From assembly GCA_934216505.1 (NCBI GenBank), contig CAKQBW010000002.1, forward strand, positions 9,082 through 73,081: 64,000 bases of DNA. Reading direction: 5' to 3'. This DNA is from an uncultured Alphaproteobacteria bacterium. GTDB taxonomy: Bacteria; Pseudomonadota; Alphaproteobacteria; CAAHEQ01; UBA3637. The translations under genes and the position numbers were made by a program. The stretch's first letter is position 1. Every line of letters starts with the position of its first letter. The notes beneath the pieces were generated by a model, which worked only from the letters and a program-made list of their open reading frames with translations, had not been told where the DNA came from and ran no database searches. Shown piece by piece: positions 29,606-39,125 of the stretch.

Positions 29606-30206
29606 ACACCTCCCTTATTTTTAAAATACAACTTTCTTTTGATATAACACTGGGTAAAATTTCTATTTGACAGGGAATAGAACACGCTTGAATTTCTTTT
29701 TGGACCTCTTTTCCTTTGGGAAAAAAGCAAATTGTTTCACGTGAAACAATTTTTTGACAAAGCGTAAGTATCTGATTTAATTCAGAAAAAGCACGACACA
29801 CTAAAATATCAGCCTTTTTATTTTCAACTTTTTCCACCCGTTCATTGAGAACTTCTATCCCTAAATCCAATTGACGATTTACTTCTTTTAAAAAGAGGGA
29901 TTTTTTTAAATCACTTTCTACTAAAATGATTTTTTGAATGGGAAAACCATTCACTTTATTCAGAATGGCTAAAATAATTCCAGGAAATCCACCACCACTT
30001 CCCACATCTATCAATGTTCCAGCAGGCAGGGAAAATAAATAAAAGAGTTGGGCTGAATCCAACACATGGCGAGTCCAAATTTCCCCTATTGTTTTATTGG
30101 AAATTAGATTAACATGTTTTTGCCACATTAAAAGAATATCAATATACTTTTTGATTTCTTTTTCTGAATTTTTTATTTTCTTTTCCAATTGTTTCACGTG
30201 AAACAT
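29592..30206 (-). CDS. rsmG: 16S rRNA m7G527 methyltransferase RsmG (GidB)
   Basis: SAM-binding DVGSGGGFPGI; 204 aa; the start codon is embedded in a parS site. Confidence 0.85.
   Translation of the reverse strand: MFHVKQLEKKIKNSEKEIKKYIDILLMWQKHVNLISNKTIGEIWTRHVLDSAQLFYLFSLPAGTLIDVGSGGGFPGIILAILNKVNGFPIQKIILVESDLKKSLFLKEVNRQLDLGIEVLNERVEKVENKKADILVCRAFSELNQILTLCQKIVSRETICFFPKGKEVQKEIQACSIPCQIEILPSVISKESCILKIREVCDDN
29733..29748. promoter_or_regulatory. parS: parS centromere site (perfect TGTTTCACGTGAAACA) inside rsmG coding sequence
   Basis: Exact 16-bp palindromic ParB-binding consensus, extended to the 18-bp palindrome TTGTTTCACGTGAAACAA. Confidence 0.8.
30190..30205. promoter_or_regulatory. 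parS: parS centromere site overlapping the rsmG start codon
   Basis: Exact TGTTTCACGTGAAACA; the 18-bp palindrome ATGTTTCACGTGAAACAT encodes the MFHVKQ N-terminus of RsmG. Confidence 0.8.
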
Positions 30207-30319
30207 TCTCCTTTTTTCGGTTAAAATATATAAGAAAATAAAATGAAAATCAAGTTTTAAAATTTTTTAAATTTCTTGTTTTATATAAAATACAGCCTTT
30301 TTATATGAAAATAAAAAAA

Positions 30320-30335
30320 TGTTTCACGTGAAACA
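30320..30335. promoter_or_regulatory. parS: parS centromere site in the rsmG-dnaQ intergenic region
   Basis: Exact TGTTTCACGTGAAACA in an AT-rich spacer; an additional half-site GTGAAACA lies at 30394-30401. Confidence 0.8.
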
Positions 30336-30402
30336 TTTTCAAAAAACATCAATTTTATTCAATAATTTCAAATACTTATTTAAAATTTTATCTGTGAAAC
30401 AT

Positions 30403-31086
30403 TTATTCTTTTAACCAAATTGGATTCTTTAAAAGTGATAAAAAATCGTCATGCGCTTTTTTTTCTTCTTCAGAAAGAGGCCATGACCGTTTGGGAAAAT
30501 GAATTTCTTCTTTAGGGGAATTTTGCACTTTTTGATGAATGGGATTTTCCGGTTTAGACGCAAAAACCAATTCCCGATCAGTAATCAATTCTAAATAAAC
30601 TTCCGCTAACAACTCACTATCCAATAACGCTCCATGGACAGTTCGTTTGCTAGCATCAATATCAAATCTTTTACACAGAACGTCCAAATTTACCCGTGCC
30701 CCAGGAAATTTATTTCGGGCGATTATTAAGGTATCAATCACACGTTCTGAAGAAAGACAAGGTCTATGACATCGTTTTAATTCCATATTCAAAAATTTAA
30801 TATCAAAGGCAGCGTTATGGATCACAAGAGGCGTATTTTCGCCCACGAACGCCAAAAAATCATCTGCAATTTCTTCAAAAGTAGGCTTGTCAGACAAAAA
30901 TTCTTCTGTCAAACCGTGTATACGGACAACTTCCTCGTCCATAGAACGCATTGGATTAATATAGACCTGAAAAGTTTTTCCTGTGGGTTGATGATTTTCA
31001 AGTTCAACGCACCCAATATCCACAATCCGATCACCGTTATCGGCATCCAAACCTGTTGTTTCTGTATCTAAAACGATTTCACGCAT
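30403..31086 (-). CDS. dnaQ: DNA polymerase III epsilon subunit (3'-5' exonuclease)
   Basis: Exo I motif VLDTETTGL; 227 aa; DEDDh family. Confidence 0.85.
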   Translation of the reverse strand: MREIVLDTETTGLDADNGDRIVDIGCVELENHQPTGKTFQVYINPMRSMDEEVVRIHGLTEEFLSDKPTFEEIADDFLAFVGENTPLVIHNAAFDIKFLNMELKRCHRPCLSSERVIDTLIIARNKFPGARVNLDVLCKRFDIDASKRTVHGALLDSELLAEVYLELITDRELVFASKPENPIHQKVQNSPKEEIHFPKRSWPLSEEEKKAHDDFLSLLKNPIWLKE

Positions 31087-31406
31087 ATCCTATCCTTTTG
31101 GGGTATTATATCTTTTTTTTGCTTTTTTTTCAACAAAAAGTTATGGGGATAAAAAAGTATAAGTGGGTGCAAAAAAGGACGCAAGAAAAAGTTTTGCCCA
31201 AAAGGGAATTATTTATGATTGGCAAAAAAAGTAATTTTTTTGATCGAAACGATTCGCTTAAAGGTATATCCAAGCCCCCATTTAAAACGATTCGTTTTAT
31301 TTTAAAAAAGTGTGTCAAATAAAATAAGAAAAAGTTATGCTAGTTTTGCTATAAACAATAACTACTATTTTATTTATTATAAATAAGAATAGTCAGAAAG
31401 AGAAAA

Positions 31407-32279
31407 TTATTTTTGATCAGGTTCTAAATGTAAAACAATTTCGGCGGTGGGAAAATCCAAATGAATCAGATGTTCCACTTGATCGGCCAACAGATGGGCT
31501 TGCTTTAAAGAAAGAGAATTGGTCATGTGCAAAGTCATTTGAATAAAGATTTTATTGCCCGATTGACGGGTCCGCAAATCTGAGATTTTATGAATATCCG
31601 ATAAAATAAGAACACAATGCGTTATTTTGTGGCGTACTTCAGGGGAAAGTTCTGTGTCCATCAACATTTCAATGGATTGACAAATAATATCATAGCTAAC
31701 TTTGATCAAATAAAACCCAACCCCTATCCCAAATAGGGCATCCAGCCAACCTGTTTTCATAAAATGAGAGGCGATTAAAGATAAAATAACGCCTGTATTC
31801 ATCAAAATATCACCCGTGTAGTGGGCTCGATCGGCTTTAATAGAAAGCGAATGCGTACGTTGAATCACATATTGTTGAAACTGAATTAAAATAAAAGTCA
31901 AAACTAAAGCAATGACAATGATGAGAATCCCCGCTGATAAATCCGAAGGGGTCTTTTGTTGAAATAAATGCTGACAGGAGGTATAAATCAAAATTCCCCC
32001 CGAAATAAGAATAATCATAGATTGCATCAACGAGCCAATTCCTTGGGCTTTTCCATGCCCAAAGCGATGTTTTTTGTCCGCCGGTTGAATGGCGTTTTTA
32101 ACAGCGACAAAGTTGATAGAGGAGGTCATTAAATCTTGGATCGAATCAAACAAAGTGGAAAGAATTGCGATAGAGCCCGTTAAAAGAAAGCCCCCTATTT
32201 TTAAAAAAATCAAGGTCAAAGCAACCCAAATAGAGGCCCAACTGGCACACAGCATTAAATAAGAATGATTTTGTTTCAT
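31407..32279 (-). CDS. Cation diffusion facilitator family transporter
   Basis: Six TM helices plus a C-terminal cytoplasmic domain; HxxxD-type metal-binding motifs; 290 aa. Confidence 0.85.
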   Translation of the reverse strand: MKQNHSYLMLCASWASIWVALTLIFLKIGGFLLTGSIAILSTLFDSIQDLMTSSINFVAVKNAIQPADKKHRFGHGKAQGIGSLMQSMIILISGGILIYTSCQHLFQQKTPSDLSAGILIIVIALVLTFILIQFQQYVIQRTHSLSIKADRAHYTGDILMNTGVILSLIASHFMKTGWLDALFGIGVGFYLIKVSYDIICQSIEMLMDTELSPEVRHKITHCVLILSDIHKISDLRTRQSGNKIFIQMTLHMTNSLSLKQAHLLADQVEHLIHLDFPTAEIVLHLEPDQK

Positions 32280-32375
32280 AAGGTCTATTATAGTTTTTTT
32301 TCTTTAAAATGCTATAGATTTTTTATAAAAACTGTCCTATATAATAACGGAGTATGTTTTTAAAGGAGTTCAAAA

Positions 32376-33320
32376 ATGGCAAGTCTTTATGATGTATTAG
32401 GGGTGTCTAAAAGTGCAACGGAGGCCGAAATTAAAAAGGCTTATCGGCAAAAGGCTCGTACCTTACACCCTGATGTCAATCCAGATAAAAAAGCCCAAGA
32501 GCAATTTCAAAAAATAACAGGGGCCTATGAGATTTTATCAGATAAGGCCAAAAAAGCCCGCTATGACGCAGGGGAAATTGACGAACAGGGGAATCCTACC
32601 CCCTTTGGGCGGGGGGGCTATGATGGTGGTTCTGGGCCCTTTGGCGGGGCTAGTGGTTTTCGGGGGCAAACCTACAGAAATGGTTCCACAACCTATACTA
32701 ACATTAATCCGGAAGATTTGGCGAGTATGTTTGGGGGTATGGGTGCCGGTATGGGGGGGGGCTTTAATTTTGCTGATTTATTTGGGGGATTAGGTGGTAT
32801 GTCGGGACGGCGGTATCAAAGTGCTCCCCAAGGTCAAGATGTACAATATGGGCTTTCTATCCCCTTTAATTTAGCGGTGACGGGGGGAGAAACAAGCGTG
32901 CGGTTGGCTAATGGAAAGCAAGTGAAAGTTAAAGTGCCCGCAGGTGTGGTAGATGATTCTGTCTTGCGTTTAAAAGGTATGGGCGAAATGGGGGGCGATG
33001 CGCTCATTAAAATAAAAGTGGAAGAAAGTGCGCTTTATAAGCGGATAGGCGATGATTTGGAAATGACCCTCCCCTTGACTCTGAAAGAGGCGGTGTTAGG
33101 GACAAAAGTTGTTCTGCCTACCCCGTCAGGGTCGGTGGCCATGAAAATCCCCCCTTATACCAGCGGTAATGAGGTGTTGCGTTTGAAAGGCAAAGGGGTG
33201 GCAGGTCGTGGGGCTTTGCGGGTGAAAATCAGTATTGTTTTGCCCCCGAAAGAGTCCCGTGATTTAACTGAGTTTATTTCTTCATGGAAAGACCCAACGG
33301 GAAATCCACGGTCCTTTTAA
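32376..33320 (+). CDS. cbpA: DnaJ-family co-chaperone lacking zinc finger (CbpA-like)
   Basis: N-terminal J domain (YDVLGV...HPD); Gly/Phe-rich linker; two C-terminal beta-domains; no CxxCxGxG repeats. Confidence 0.75.
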   Translation: MASLYDVLGVSKSATEAEIKKAYRQKARTLHPDVNPDKKAQEQFQKITGAYEILSDKAKKARYDAGEIDEQGNPTPFGRGGYDGGSGPFGGASGFRGQTYRNGSTTYTNINPEDLASMFGGMGAGMGGGFNFADLFGGLGGMSGRRYQSAPQGQDVQYGLSIPFNLAVTGGETSVRLANGKQVKVKVPAGVVDDSVLRLKGMGEMGGDALIKIKVEESALYKRIGDDLEMTLPLTLKEAVLGTKVVLPTPSGSVAMKIPPYTSGNEVLRLKGKGVAGRGALRVKISIVLPPKESRDLTEFISSWKDPTGNPRSF

Positions 33321-33361
33321 GGGGCTGTTGGAGGCTGGGCCCCAAAGGGGTGAAAAAAATT

Positions 33362-33390
33362 TTGCATTTTTATCCAAAAAGCGATATAAT
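33362..33390 (+). promoter_or_regulatory. Sigma70-like promoter for map (TTGCAT-17-TATAAT)
   Basis: -35 TTGCAT at 33362-33367, 17-bp spacer, -10 TATAAT at 33385-33390, 6 nt before ATG 33397. Confidence 0.45.
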
Positions 33391-33396
33391 AAACAT

Positions 33397-34188
33397 ATGT
33401 CAGATTTAACAATTTATTCTTTAAAAGATTTTCCCAAACTCAAAAAAGCGGGGCAATTAGCCGCTGAAGTTTTGGATTACATTACTCCTTTTGTCCAAGT
33501 GGGCGTTTCCACGGCGGCTTTGGATGATTTAATGGATACTTATATTCTGCAACACGGGGGGCGGTCCGCCTGTCGGGGGTATAATGGCTATCCGAAATGC
33601 ACCTGTATTTCCCCCAACCATGTGATTTGTCATGGGATTCCCTGCGAATCAAAAATTTTAAAAGAAGGCGATATCATCAACATTGATGTGACCGTGATTT
33701 TGGATGGGTGGTACGGGGATACTTCCCGCATGTATTATGTGGGAAAAGTTGGTGTTAAGGCACGACATTTAGTGGAAGCGACCTATCAAACAATGATGGC
33801 GGGGATTCAGGCGGCGGGCCCCGACAAAACTACAGGTGATATTGGCGCCGTGATGGAAGAATTGGCCAACAGTAAAGGTTATTCCACTGTTCATGATTAT
33901 TGTGGTCATGGGATTGGTCGGGTTTTTCACAGTGCGCCAAACATTTTGAACTATGGGCGGCGGGGCAAAGGGGTGAAATTGGTCCCTGGACTCGTCTTTA
34001 CGGTGGAACCAATGGTCAATACAGGATCTGGTGAGACGCTGACTTTACAAGATGGTTGGACAACGGTGACAAAAGACAAAGGGTTGTCGGCCCAATTTGA
34101 ACATACTTTGGGGATTACAGAAGACGGCATTGAAATTTTTACATTGTCCCCCAAAGGATATACTTATCCGCCTTATCAGGAGGGCTAA
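33397..34188 (+). CDS. map: Methionine aminopeptidase type I
   Basis: Metal-binding residues in family-typical context (D...D...H...E...E); start refined to ATG 33397 (MSDLTIYSL). Confidence 0.9.
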   Translation: MSDLTIYSLKDFPKLKKAGQLAAEVLDYITPFVQVGVSTAALDDLMDTYILQHGGRSACRGYNGYPKCTCISPNHVICHGIPCESKILKEGDIINIDVTVILDGWYGDTSRMYYVGKVGVKARHLVEATYQTMMAGIQAAGPDKTTGDIGAVMEELANSKGYSTVHDYCGHGIGRVFHSAPNILNYGRRGKGVKLVPGLVFTVEPMVNTGSGETLTLQDGWTTVTKDKGLSAQFEHTLGITEDGIEIFTLSPKGYTYPPYQEG

Positions 34189-34189
34189 G

Positions 34190-34861
34190 ATGTTGGGGGC
34201 CGATGGGCATCGCCAAAGAGTGTTAGAAAAATTTTTAACCTATGGGGGCGAAATTTTTGCCGATTATGAATTGTTGGAATTTATTTTAATGCAATCTATT
34301 CCCCGTAAAGATGTCAAGCCTTTGGCAAAAGAATTGTTGGTGTCCTTCGGGTCTTTGGAAAATGTCTTAAATGCCCCGACAGACCAACTGAAACAAATCA
34401 AAGGTGTGGGAGAACGCACGATAGGATTGTTTCATCTAATAATGACGGTTAGCCAAAAACTGACAAAAGAGCGGTTGAAAAAAGCCCCTATTCTGTCGGA
34501 TTGGCAAAGTTTGTTGGATTATGCACAACTGACCTATATGGGGGAAAACATTGAAAAATTTCGTGTCCTTTATTTGAACAGGCATTATCAGTTGATTCAT
34601 TCGGAAGTGCATCAAACGGGGACAACAAATCATGTGCCAGTGTATCCTCGTGAAATTTTGAAAAGAGCCTTGAATGTTAATGCATCGGCGGTTGTTTTGA
34701 TTCATAATCACCCGTCAGGGGAGCCCCTGCCCTCCAAAGATGATTTAGAGGTGACCAAAGAAATTGAACGGTTGTTAAGCACCATTCCCATTAAGATGGT
34801 GGATCATTTAATTATTGGGGCGAATAAAAAGATCTATTCATTCCGAGCCCATCATTTATAA
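34190..34861 (+). CDS. radC: RadC/JAB-domain DNA repair protein
   Basis: HhH N-terminal region; C-terminal JAMM motif HNHPSGEPLPSKDD; start refined to ATG 34190 with RBS CAGGAGGG. Confidence 0.85.
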   Translation: MLGADGHRQRVLEKFLTYGGEIFADYELLEFILMQSIPRKDVKPLAKELLVSFGSLENVLNAPTDQLKQIKGVGERTIGLFHLIMTVSQKLTKERLKKAPILSDWQSLLDYAQLTYMGENIEKFRVLYLNRHYQLIHSEVHQTGTTNHVPVYPREILKRALNVNASAVVLIHNHPSGEPLPSKDDLEVTKEIERLLSTIPIKMVDHLIIGANKKIYSFRAHHL

Positions 34862-34891
34862 AACGCCCCTTTGGGGGGATTGAGGGACATC

Positions 34892-35908
34892 TTAAAAAGC
34901 CTCTTTCCCTGAATCAGGGGAATTCAAAAGGTCGTAGATTTGATAAAGGGGCTTTATTTCCTCATAGAATTTTTCAAAAAATTGATTTGTTAAAAGAGAT
35001 TTTGAATAGGTAAAAAATTCAAACATATCTTTGCCTGTATTAAGGGTGAGGGTTATTTTTTCCTTTTCAATAAGGACATTGAGGATGTCTTTGGGGTACA
35101 TTTTTTTGATGGACAAAATTTTATTTAAAAAGGCTGGGGTCAGAACTGCCTTGGCTTGAGATTCGTTGGCGGTATAAACGGTAAATACTTTATCAAAATC
35201 CCTTTGATTGAGGCGGATTTTTTTGCTTTTTTTCGGGGTGATTTTTCTTTTTGAAAAGAAAGGGAGGTTTTGGAAAATCAAAATTTTACTTTCCCCTTTT
35301 ATTTTTGTATTGAATTCAAGACTAAATCCTTCAAAAATTTCATTGACATCCCGTCTTTCTTGGTGCCCTAAAGAGAGTTCAAAAACTTGAAACCTCCCCC
35401 TTTTTTCTTGAAAACAATCATCAGCGTCAATGACATTTATTTTCTTTGAAATAAATTCTTCTTTTTTCCAATAGGCTATTTTTTGTGAAAGGTGTTTATC
35501 AAAGAGGTTTTGGGGGATGTTTGTCCCTTGTGGGCTGAACGACTTTAATTCTTGAGGCTTATTAGAGGACATTTCACACGGGGCTAGTATTTCTTTCAGG
35601 CCTAAAAGGTCTAATAAAAGGGGCGTTATTTTCTTTTTAAGGGCCACAGAGCAATTCATTATTTTTCCTATTCCCACCAAAAAAGGAACGAGGCTGAGAA
35701 AAACCCCCAGCACGTAAAGATGTTCAAATTGAGTGATGTTCTTTTGTATATCTGTGCCCAAAATAAGTCCAGCGATACACGCTAAAGAGACCAGAGGCAA
35801 AAAGAGGCCATATGTTTTCATGTTTTTTTGCCGTTCTTCTTCGTCTTTTTTTAAAAGATGAAAAACATTTCCATGTACTTGGCTTAAAAATTCAGATTTA
35901 GGAATCAT
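34892..35908 (-). CDS. Hypothetical membrane-anchored protein in a strongly AT-rich, Lys-rich gene
   Basis: 338 aa; two N-terminal TM helices; no recognisable catalytic motif; base composition visibly lower in GC than the flanking radC and lepA. Confidence 0.5.
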   Translation of the reverse strand: MIPKSEFLSQVHGNVFHLLKKDEEERQKNMKTYGLFLPLVSLACIAGLILGTDIQKNITQFEHLYVLGVFLSLVPFLVGIGKIMNCSVALKKKITPLLLDLLGLKEILAPCEMSSNKPQELKSFSPQGTNIPQNLFDKHLSQKIAYWKKEEFISKKINVIDADDCFQEKRGRFQVFELSLGHQERRDVNEIFEGFSLEFNTKIKGESKILIFQNLPFFSKRKITPKKSKKIRLNQRDFDKVFTVYTANESQAKAVLTPAFLNKILSIKKMYPKDILNVLIEKEKITLTLNTGKDMFEFFTYSKSLLTNQFFEKFYEEIKPLYQIYDLLNSPDSGKEAF

Positions 35909-35968
35909 AACAACCCCCTTTGTTTTTTATAAAGGAAGTATATCAAAAACTTGGGGAGATATCAAGAC

Positions 35969-37792
35969 CTATTCATCACCGATTTTAAGGGCTTGGATAA
36001 AGGCATTTTGGGGGATTTCTACTTCCCCAAATTGACGCATGCGCTTTTTCCCTTCCTTTTGTTTTTCCAACAACTTCCGCTTACGGGTAATATCTCCGCC
36101 ATAACATTTTGCAGTTACATCTTTGCGAAAGGCTGAAATATCTTCACGGGCAATGATTTTTCCCCCGATGCTGGCTTGAATGGGAATCTTGAATTGATGA
36201 CGGGGAATCAGGTCTTTTAAACGGGCGCAAATCTGACGCCCACGGCGTTCGGCTTGACTCCTGTGGGCCAAAAAGGCCAACGCATCTACTTGTTCGCCAT
36301 GGACCAAGATATTGACACGAACCAAATCAGAGGGGCGGTAATCATCTACTTCATAATCAAAACTGGCATAGCCTCGTGAAATAGATTTTAACCTGTCGTA
36401 AAAATCAAATACGATTTCGTTTAAAGGCAGGCGATACACGGCCATGGCCCGATTGCCGACATAGGTTAAGTCTATTTGTTCGCCCCGTCTTTCGGTGCAA
36501 AGTTGTAAAATAGACCCCAAGTATTCATCAGGGGTTAAGATTGTAGCTTTCACCCATGGTTCTTCAATTTTTTCAATCGTTGTGAGGTCGGGCATATCAG
36601 CGGGATTGTGCATGACCACCATCGTGTGATTTGTTTTATAGACCTTATAAGCCACTGAAGGCGCTGTGGTAATCAGATTTAAATTAAATTCTCGGGACAA
36701 CCGTTCTTGAATAATTTCCATGTGAAGCAGCCCCAAAAAGCCACAACGGAACCCCTGCCCCAACGCCATAGATTTGTCAGGGGTAAATTGAAAACTGGCA
36801 TCATTGAGTTGTAATTTTTCTATTGCTTCTTTTAAGGCTTCATAATCGCTCATATCCACGGGAAATAAAGAGCAAAAGACAACACTTTGGCTGGGTTTGA
36901 AGCCTGCTAACGCCTGCGCACACGGGGTCTTTTCATCCGTAATTGTGTCCCCCACTTTCGTTTCCCCGATCGTTTTAACGCCGCAAATAACGAACCCTAA
37001 CTCCCCTGTGCCGATTTCGTTGGTATCTTGCATTTTCGGGGTGAAGTAGCCCAATCGTTCAATTTTATAGGTCGCCCCTGTGGCCATAAAACGAATCTGT
37101 TCATTCTTTTTTAAAACGCCCTCTACAACCCGTACCAAAATCACAATCCCCAAATAGGCATCGTACCATGAATCCACCAACATGGCTTTTAAGGGACGCA
37201 GAGGGTCCCCTTTCGGGGCGGGTAATCGGTCAATAATAACCTTTAAAACTTCATCAATTCCGATGCCTGTTTTGGCGGAAATCAAAGGGCAATTTGTGCA
37301 ATCCAAGCCAATCACATCTTCAATTTGTTTTTTAACACGTTCAGGGTCGGCGGCGGGTAAATCAATTTTGTTGATGACAGGGATAATTTCATGGTTTGCG
37401 TCCAACGCTTTATACACATTCGCCAAGGTTTGGGCTTCCACGCCTTGGGTGGCATCTACCACCAACAAAGACCCCTCACACGCATGTAAAGAACGGCTAA
37501 CTTCATAGCCGAAATCCACATGTCCCGGGGTGTCAATCAGGTTTAAGATATAGTCCCCGTACTTTAACCGAACAGTTTGGGCTTTAATCGTAATCCCCCG
37601 TTCCCGTTCAATATCCATGTTATCCAAGATTTGGGCTTTCATTTCACGGTCAGAAACAGCCCCGCATTTTTGAATCAATCGGTCGGCCAAAGTGGATTTG
37701 CCGTGGTCAATATGGGCCACAATAGAAAAATTACGAATTTTATTCAGTTCTGTCATGTCCTTTATTATAGCGAAATTTTCATAAATGCGCAA
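35969..37792 (-). CDS. lepA: Elongation factor 4 (LepA)
   Basis: 607 aa; G1 AHIDHGKST; characteristic LepA C-terminal domain. Confidence 0.95.
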   Translation of the reverse strand: MRIYENFAIIKDMTELNKIRNFSIVAHIDHGKSTLADRLIQKCGAVSDREMKAQILDNMDIERERGITIKAQTVRLKYGDYILNLIDTPGHVDFGYEVSRSLHACEGSLLVVDATQGVEAQTLANVYKALDANHEIIPVINKIDLPAADPERVKKQIEDVIGLDCTNCPLISAKTGIGIDEVLKVIIDRLPAPKGDPLRPLKAMLVDSWYDAYLGIVILVRVVEGVLKKNEQIRFMATGATYKIERLGYFTPKMQDTNEIGTGELGFVICGVKTIGETKVGDTITDEKTPCAQALAGFKPSQSVVFCSLFPVDMSDYEALKEAIEKLQLNDASFQFTPDKSMALGQGFRCGFLGLLHMEIIQERLSREFNLNLITTAPSVAYKVYKTNHTMVVMHNPADMPDLTTIEKIEEPWVKATILTPDEYLGSILQLCTERRGEQIDLTYVGNRAMAVYRLPLNEIVFDFYDRLKSISRGYASFDYEVDDYRPSDLVRVNILVHGEQVDALAFLAHRSQAERRGRQICARLKDLIPRHQFKIPIQASIGGKIIAREDISAFRKDVTAKCYGGDITRKRKLLEKQKEGKKRMRQFGEVEIPQNAFIQALKIGDE

Positions 37793-37845
37793 GAAAAAGG
37801 TTGATATCTACAAAAGACTCTGTTATGAACAGAAAGGAGACCTGA

Positions 37846-38211
37846 ATGAAAGGAAGAAAAATGGGATTGAAAAAGATATTCGCAATGGCCAGTTTGGCGG
37901 TAGGGGCAGCGGTGGCGCCTGTTTCAGAAGCGCAAGCCCAGCCACGCCCTCATAAAAACGCGCCTCGTGTTGAAAATCGTGTTTCAGCGCGTGATATGAA
38001 AAAACAACAAAAAAAAGAAGAAAAAAAAGCTTTTTTGGGTGGTTTGATTGGGGGATTTTTATCGGGATTGATGGGCCAACAACAAGTGGTCCCTCCTCCA
38101 CCACCTCCTCCACCGCCTCAACGAACTGTCGTGGTGAAAAAAACCGTCATAGAAAAAACAGTTGTTCACCCCATTCCGCCCCCTCCTTTTCGGCGGCATC
38201 GGGGACGGTAA
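37846..38211 (+). CDS. Secreted proline-rich small protein
   Basis: RBS AAAGGAG; signal peptide (AVAPVSEAQA cleavage-like); Lys-rich stretch; poly-Pro run PPPPPPPPPPQ; 121 aa. Confidence 0.5.
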   Translation: MKGRKMGLKKIFAMASLAVGAAVAPVSEAQAQPRPHKNAPRVENRVSARDMKKQQKKEEKKAFLGGLIGGFLSGLMGQQQVVPPPPPPPPPQRTVVVKKTVIEKTVVHPIPPPPFRRHRGR

Positions 38212-38232
38212 TTTCCCCTTTTAATGGCCTAT

Positions 38233-38261
38233 TTGACATTTTTTTATTTTTCAAGTATAAT
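38233..38261 (+). promoter_or_regulatory. Consensus sigma70 promoter of rnpB (TTGACA-17-TATAAT)
   Basis: TTGACA at 38233-38238, 17-nt spacer, TATAAT at 38256-38261, predicted TSS about 38267. Confidence 0.6.
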
Positions 38262-38266
38262 AAAAA

Positions 38267-38640
38267 AGTCAGATGATCGGGCAATCGCTGACCGAAAGGT
38301 TGGAGGAAAGTCCGGGCTTTTAAAGGACGCAATACCAGATAACATCTGGGCGGGGTGACCCGATGGAAAGTGTCGCAGAAAAGAAACCGCCTGTCTTGGG
38401 ACGGGTAAGGGTGAAACGGCGGGGTAAGAGCCCACCGCATAGACCGAGAGGTCCTATGGCACGACAAACCCTATTGAAAGCAAGACCAAACACAGACAGC
38501 CCTGTGATCGGATAAATTACAGGTTCAAACGAAAGTCCTGATTCGGCTGTCAAAAGGTAGGTCGCTTGAGTAGTTGAGTAATCAACTGACCAGACGAATG
38601 ATTGTCCAACGACAGAACCCGGCTTATAGATGATCTGACT
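38267..38640 (+). ncRNA. rnpB: RNase P RNA, bacterial type A
   Basis: Universally conserved GGAGGAAAGTCCGGGCT (P4 5' strand); ACAGAACCCGGCTTA near the 3' end (P4 3' strand); P1 pairing AGTCAGATGATC with GATGATCTGACT; GGTAAGGGTGAAA and GGTAAGAGCCCACC modules present. Confidence 0.88.
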
Positions 38641-38643
38641 TTT

Positions 38644-38671
38644 CCCCTTCCCGAAAAGAAGGGGAATTTTT
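38644..38671 (+). terminator. Rho-independent terminator of rnpB
   Basis: Hairpin CCCCTTC-ccgaaaa-GAAGGGG followed by AATTTTT. Confidence 0.6.
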
Positions 38672-39125
38672 AATCCCGATGATAGGGGTGGCCGTCCCAA
38701 ATTGTTTTGGCCCGATACAGTTGTTCTGCCAACACAACACGCATTAAAAAATGAGGGAGGGTCATGCGTCCAAAAGAAAGTATTAAATTGGCCCGCTTGA
38801 GGACTTTATTCCCGTGGCCGTTGGCCCCACCAATCATAAAAATAATGTTTTGGGCTTTGTCTTTGGCTTTCTTTAATTCTTGGGCAAATTCCCGTGAAGA
38901 AAGGGTTTGTCCGTGTTCGTCCAAAGCCACCACAAAATCCCCCTGCTCTATCCCAGAAAGCAATAAAGTGGCTTCGGCATTTTTTAATTCTAAATCTGTT
39001 AAATTTTTCTTTTCCACATACTCGTGAATTTCCACTTTTTCCCGCATCTTTTTTAAATAATCAGCGATTAAAGCGAATTCAGGCGTGTTTGTTTTTAACT
39101 TTCCAATGGCACGAATTTGAATCAT
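38670..39125 (-). CDS. rlmH: 23S rRNA m3-pseudouridine1915 methyltransferase RlmH
   Basis: 151-aa SPOUT-family protein of RlmH size with conserved C-terminal knot region. Confidence 0.8.
   Translation of the reverse strand: MIQIRAIGKLKTNTPEFALIADYLKKMREKVEIHEYVEKKNLTDLELKNAEATLLLSGIEQGDFVVALDEHGQTLSSREFAQELKKAKDKAQNIIFMIGGANGHGNKVLKRANLILSFGRMTLPHFLMRVVLAEQLYRAKTIWDGHPYHRD

Noticed and set aside
29733-30335. Repeated 16-18 bp palindromes, first considered as a novel regulator-binding repeat or mini-array
   Set aside because: The sequence is exactly the canonical parS consensus TGTTTCACGTGAAACA, so it is a known centromere rather than something new; I report it as parS.
30207-30402. AT-rich rsmG-dnaQ spacer as a candidate oriC
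   Set aside because: I could not find TTATCCACA or TGATCCACA-type DnaA boxes by eye; only origin proximity is inferred, from parS.
38147-38700. Three minus-strand ORFs (106, 63 and 126 aa) in the ORF track
   Set aside because: They lie antisense across the rnpB RNase P RNA gene and its terminator and have no RBS; they are artefacts.
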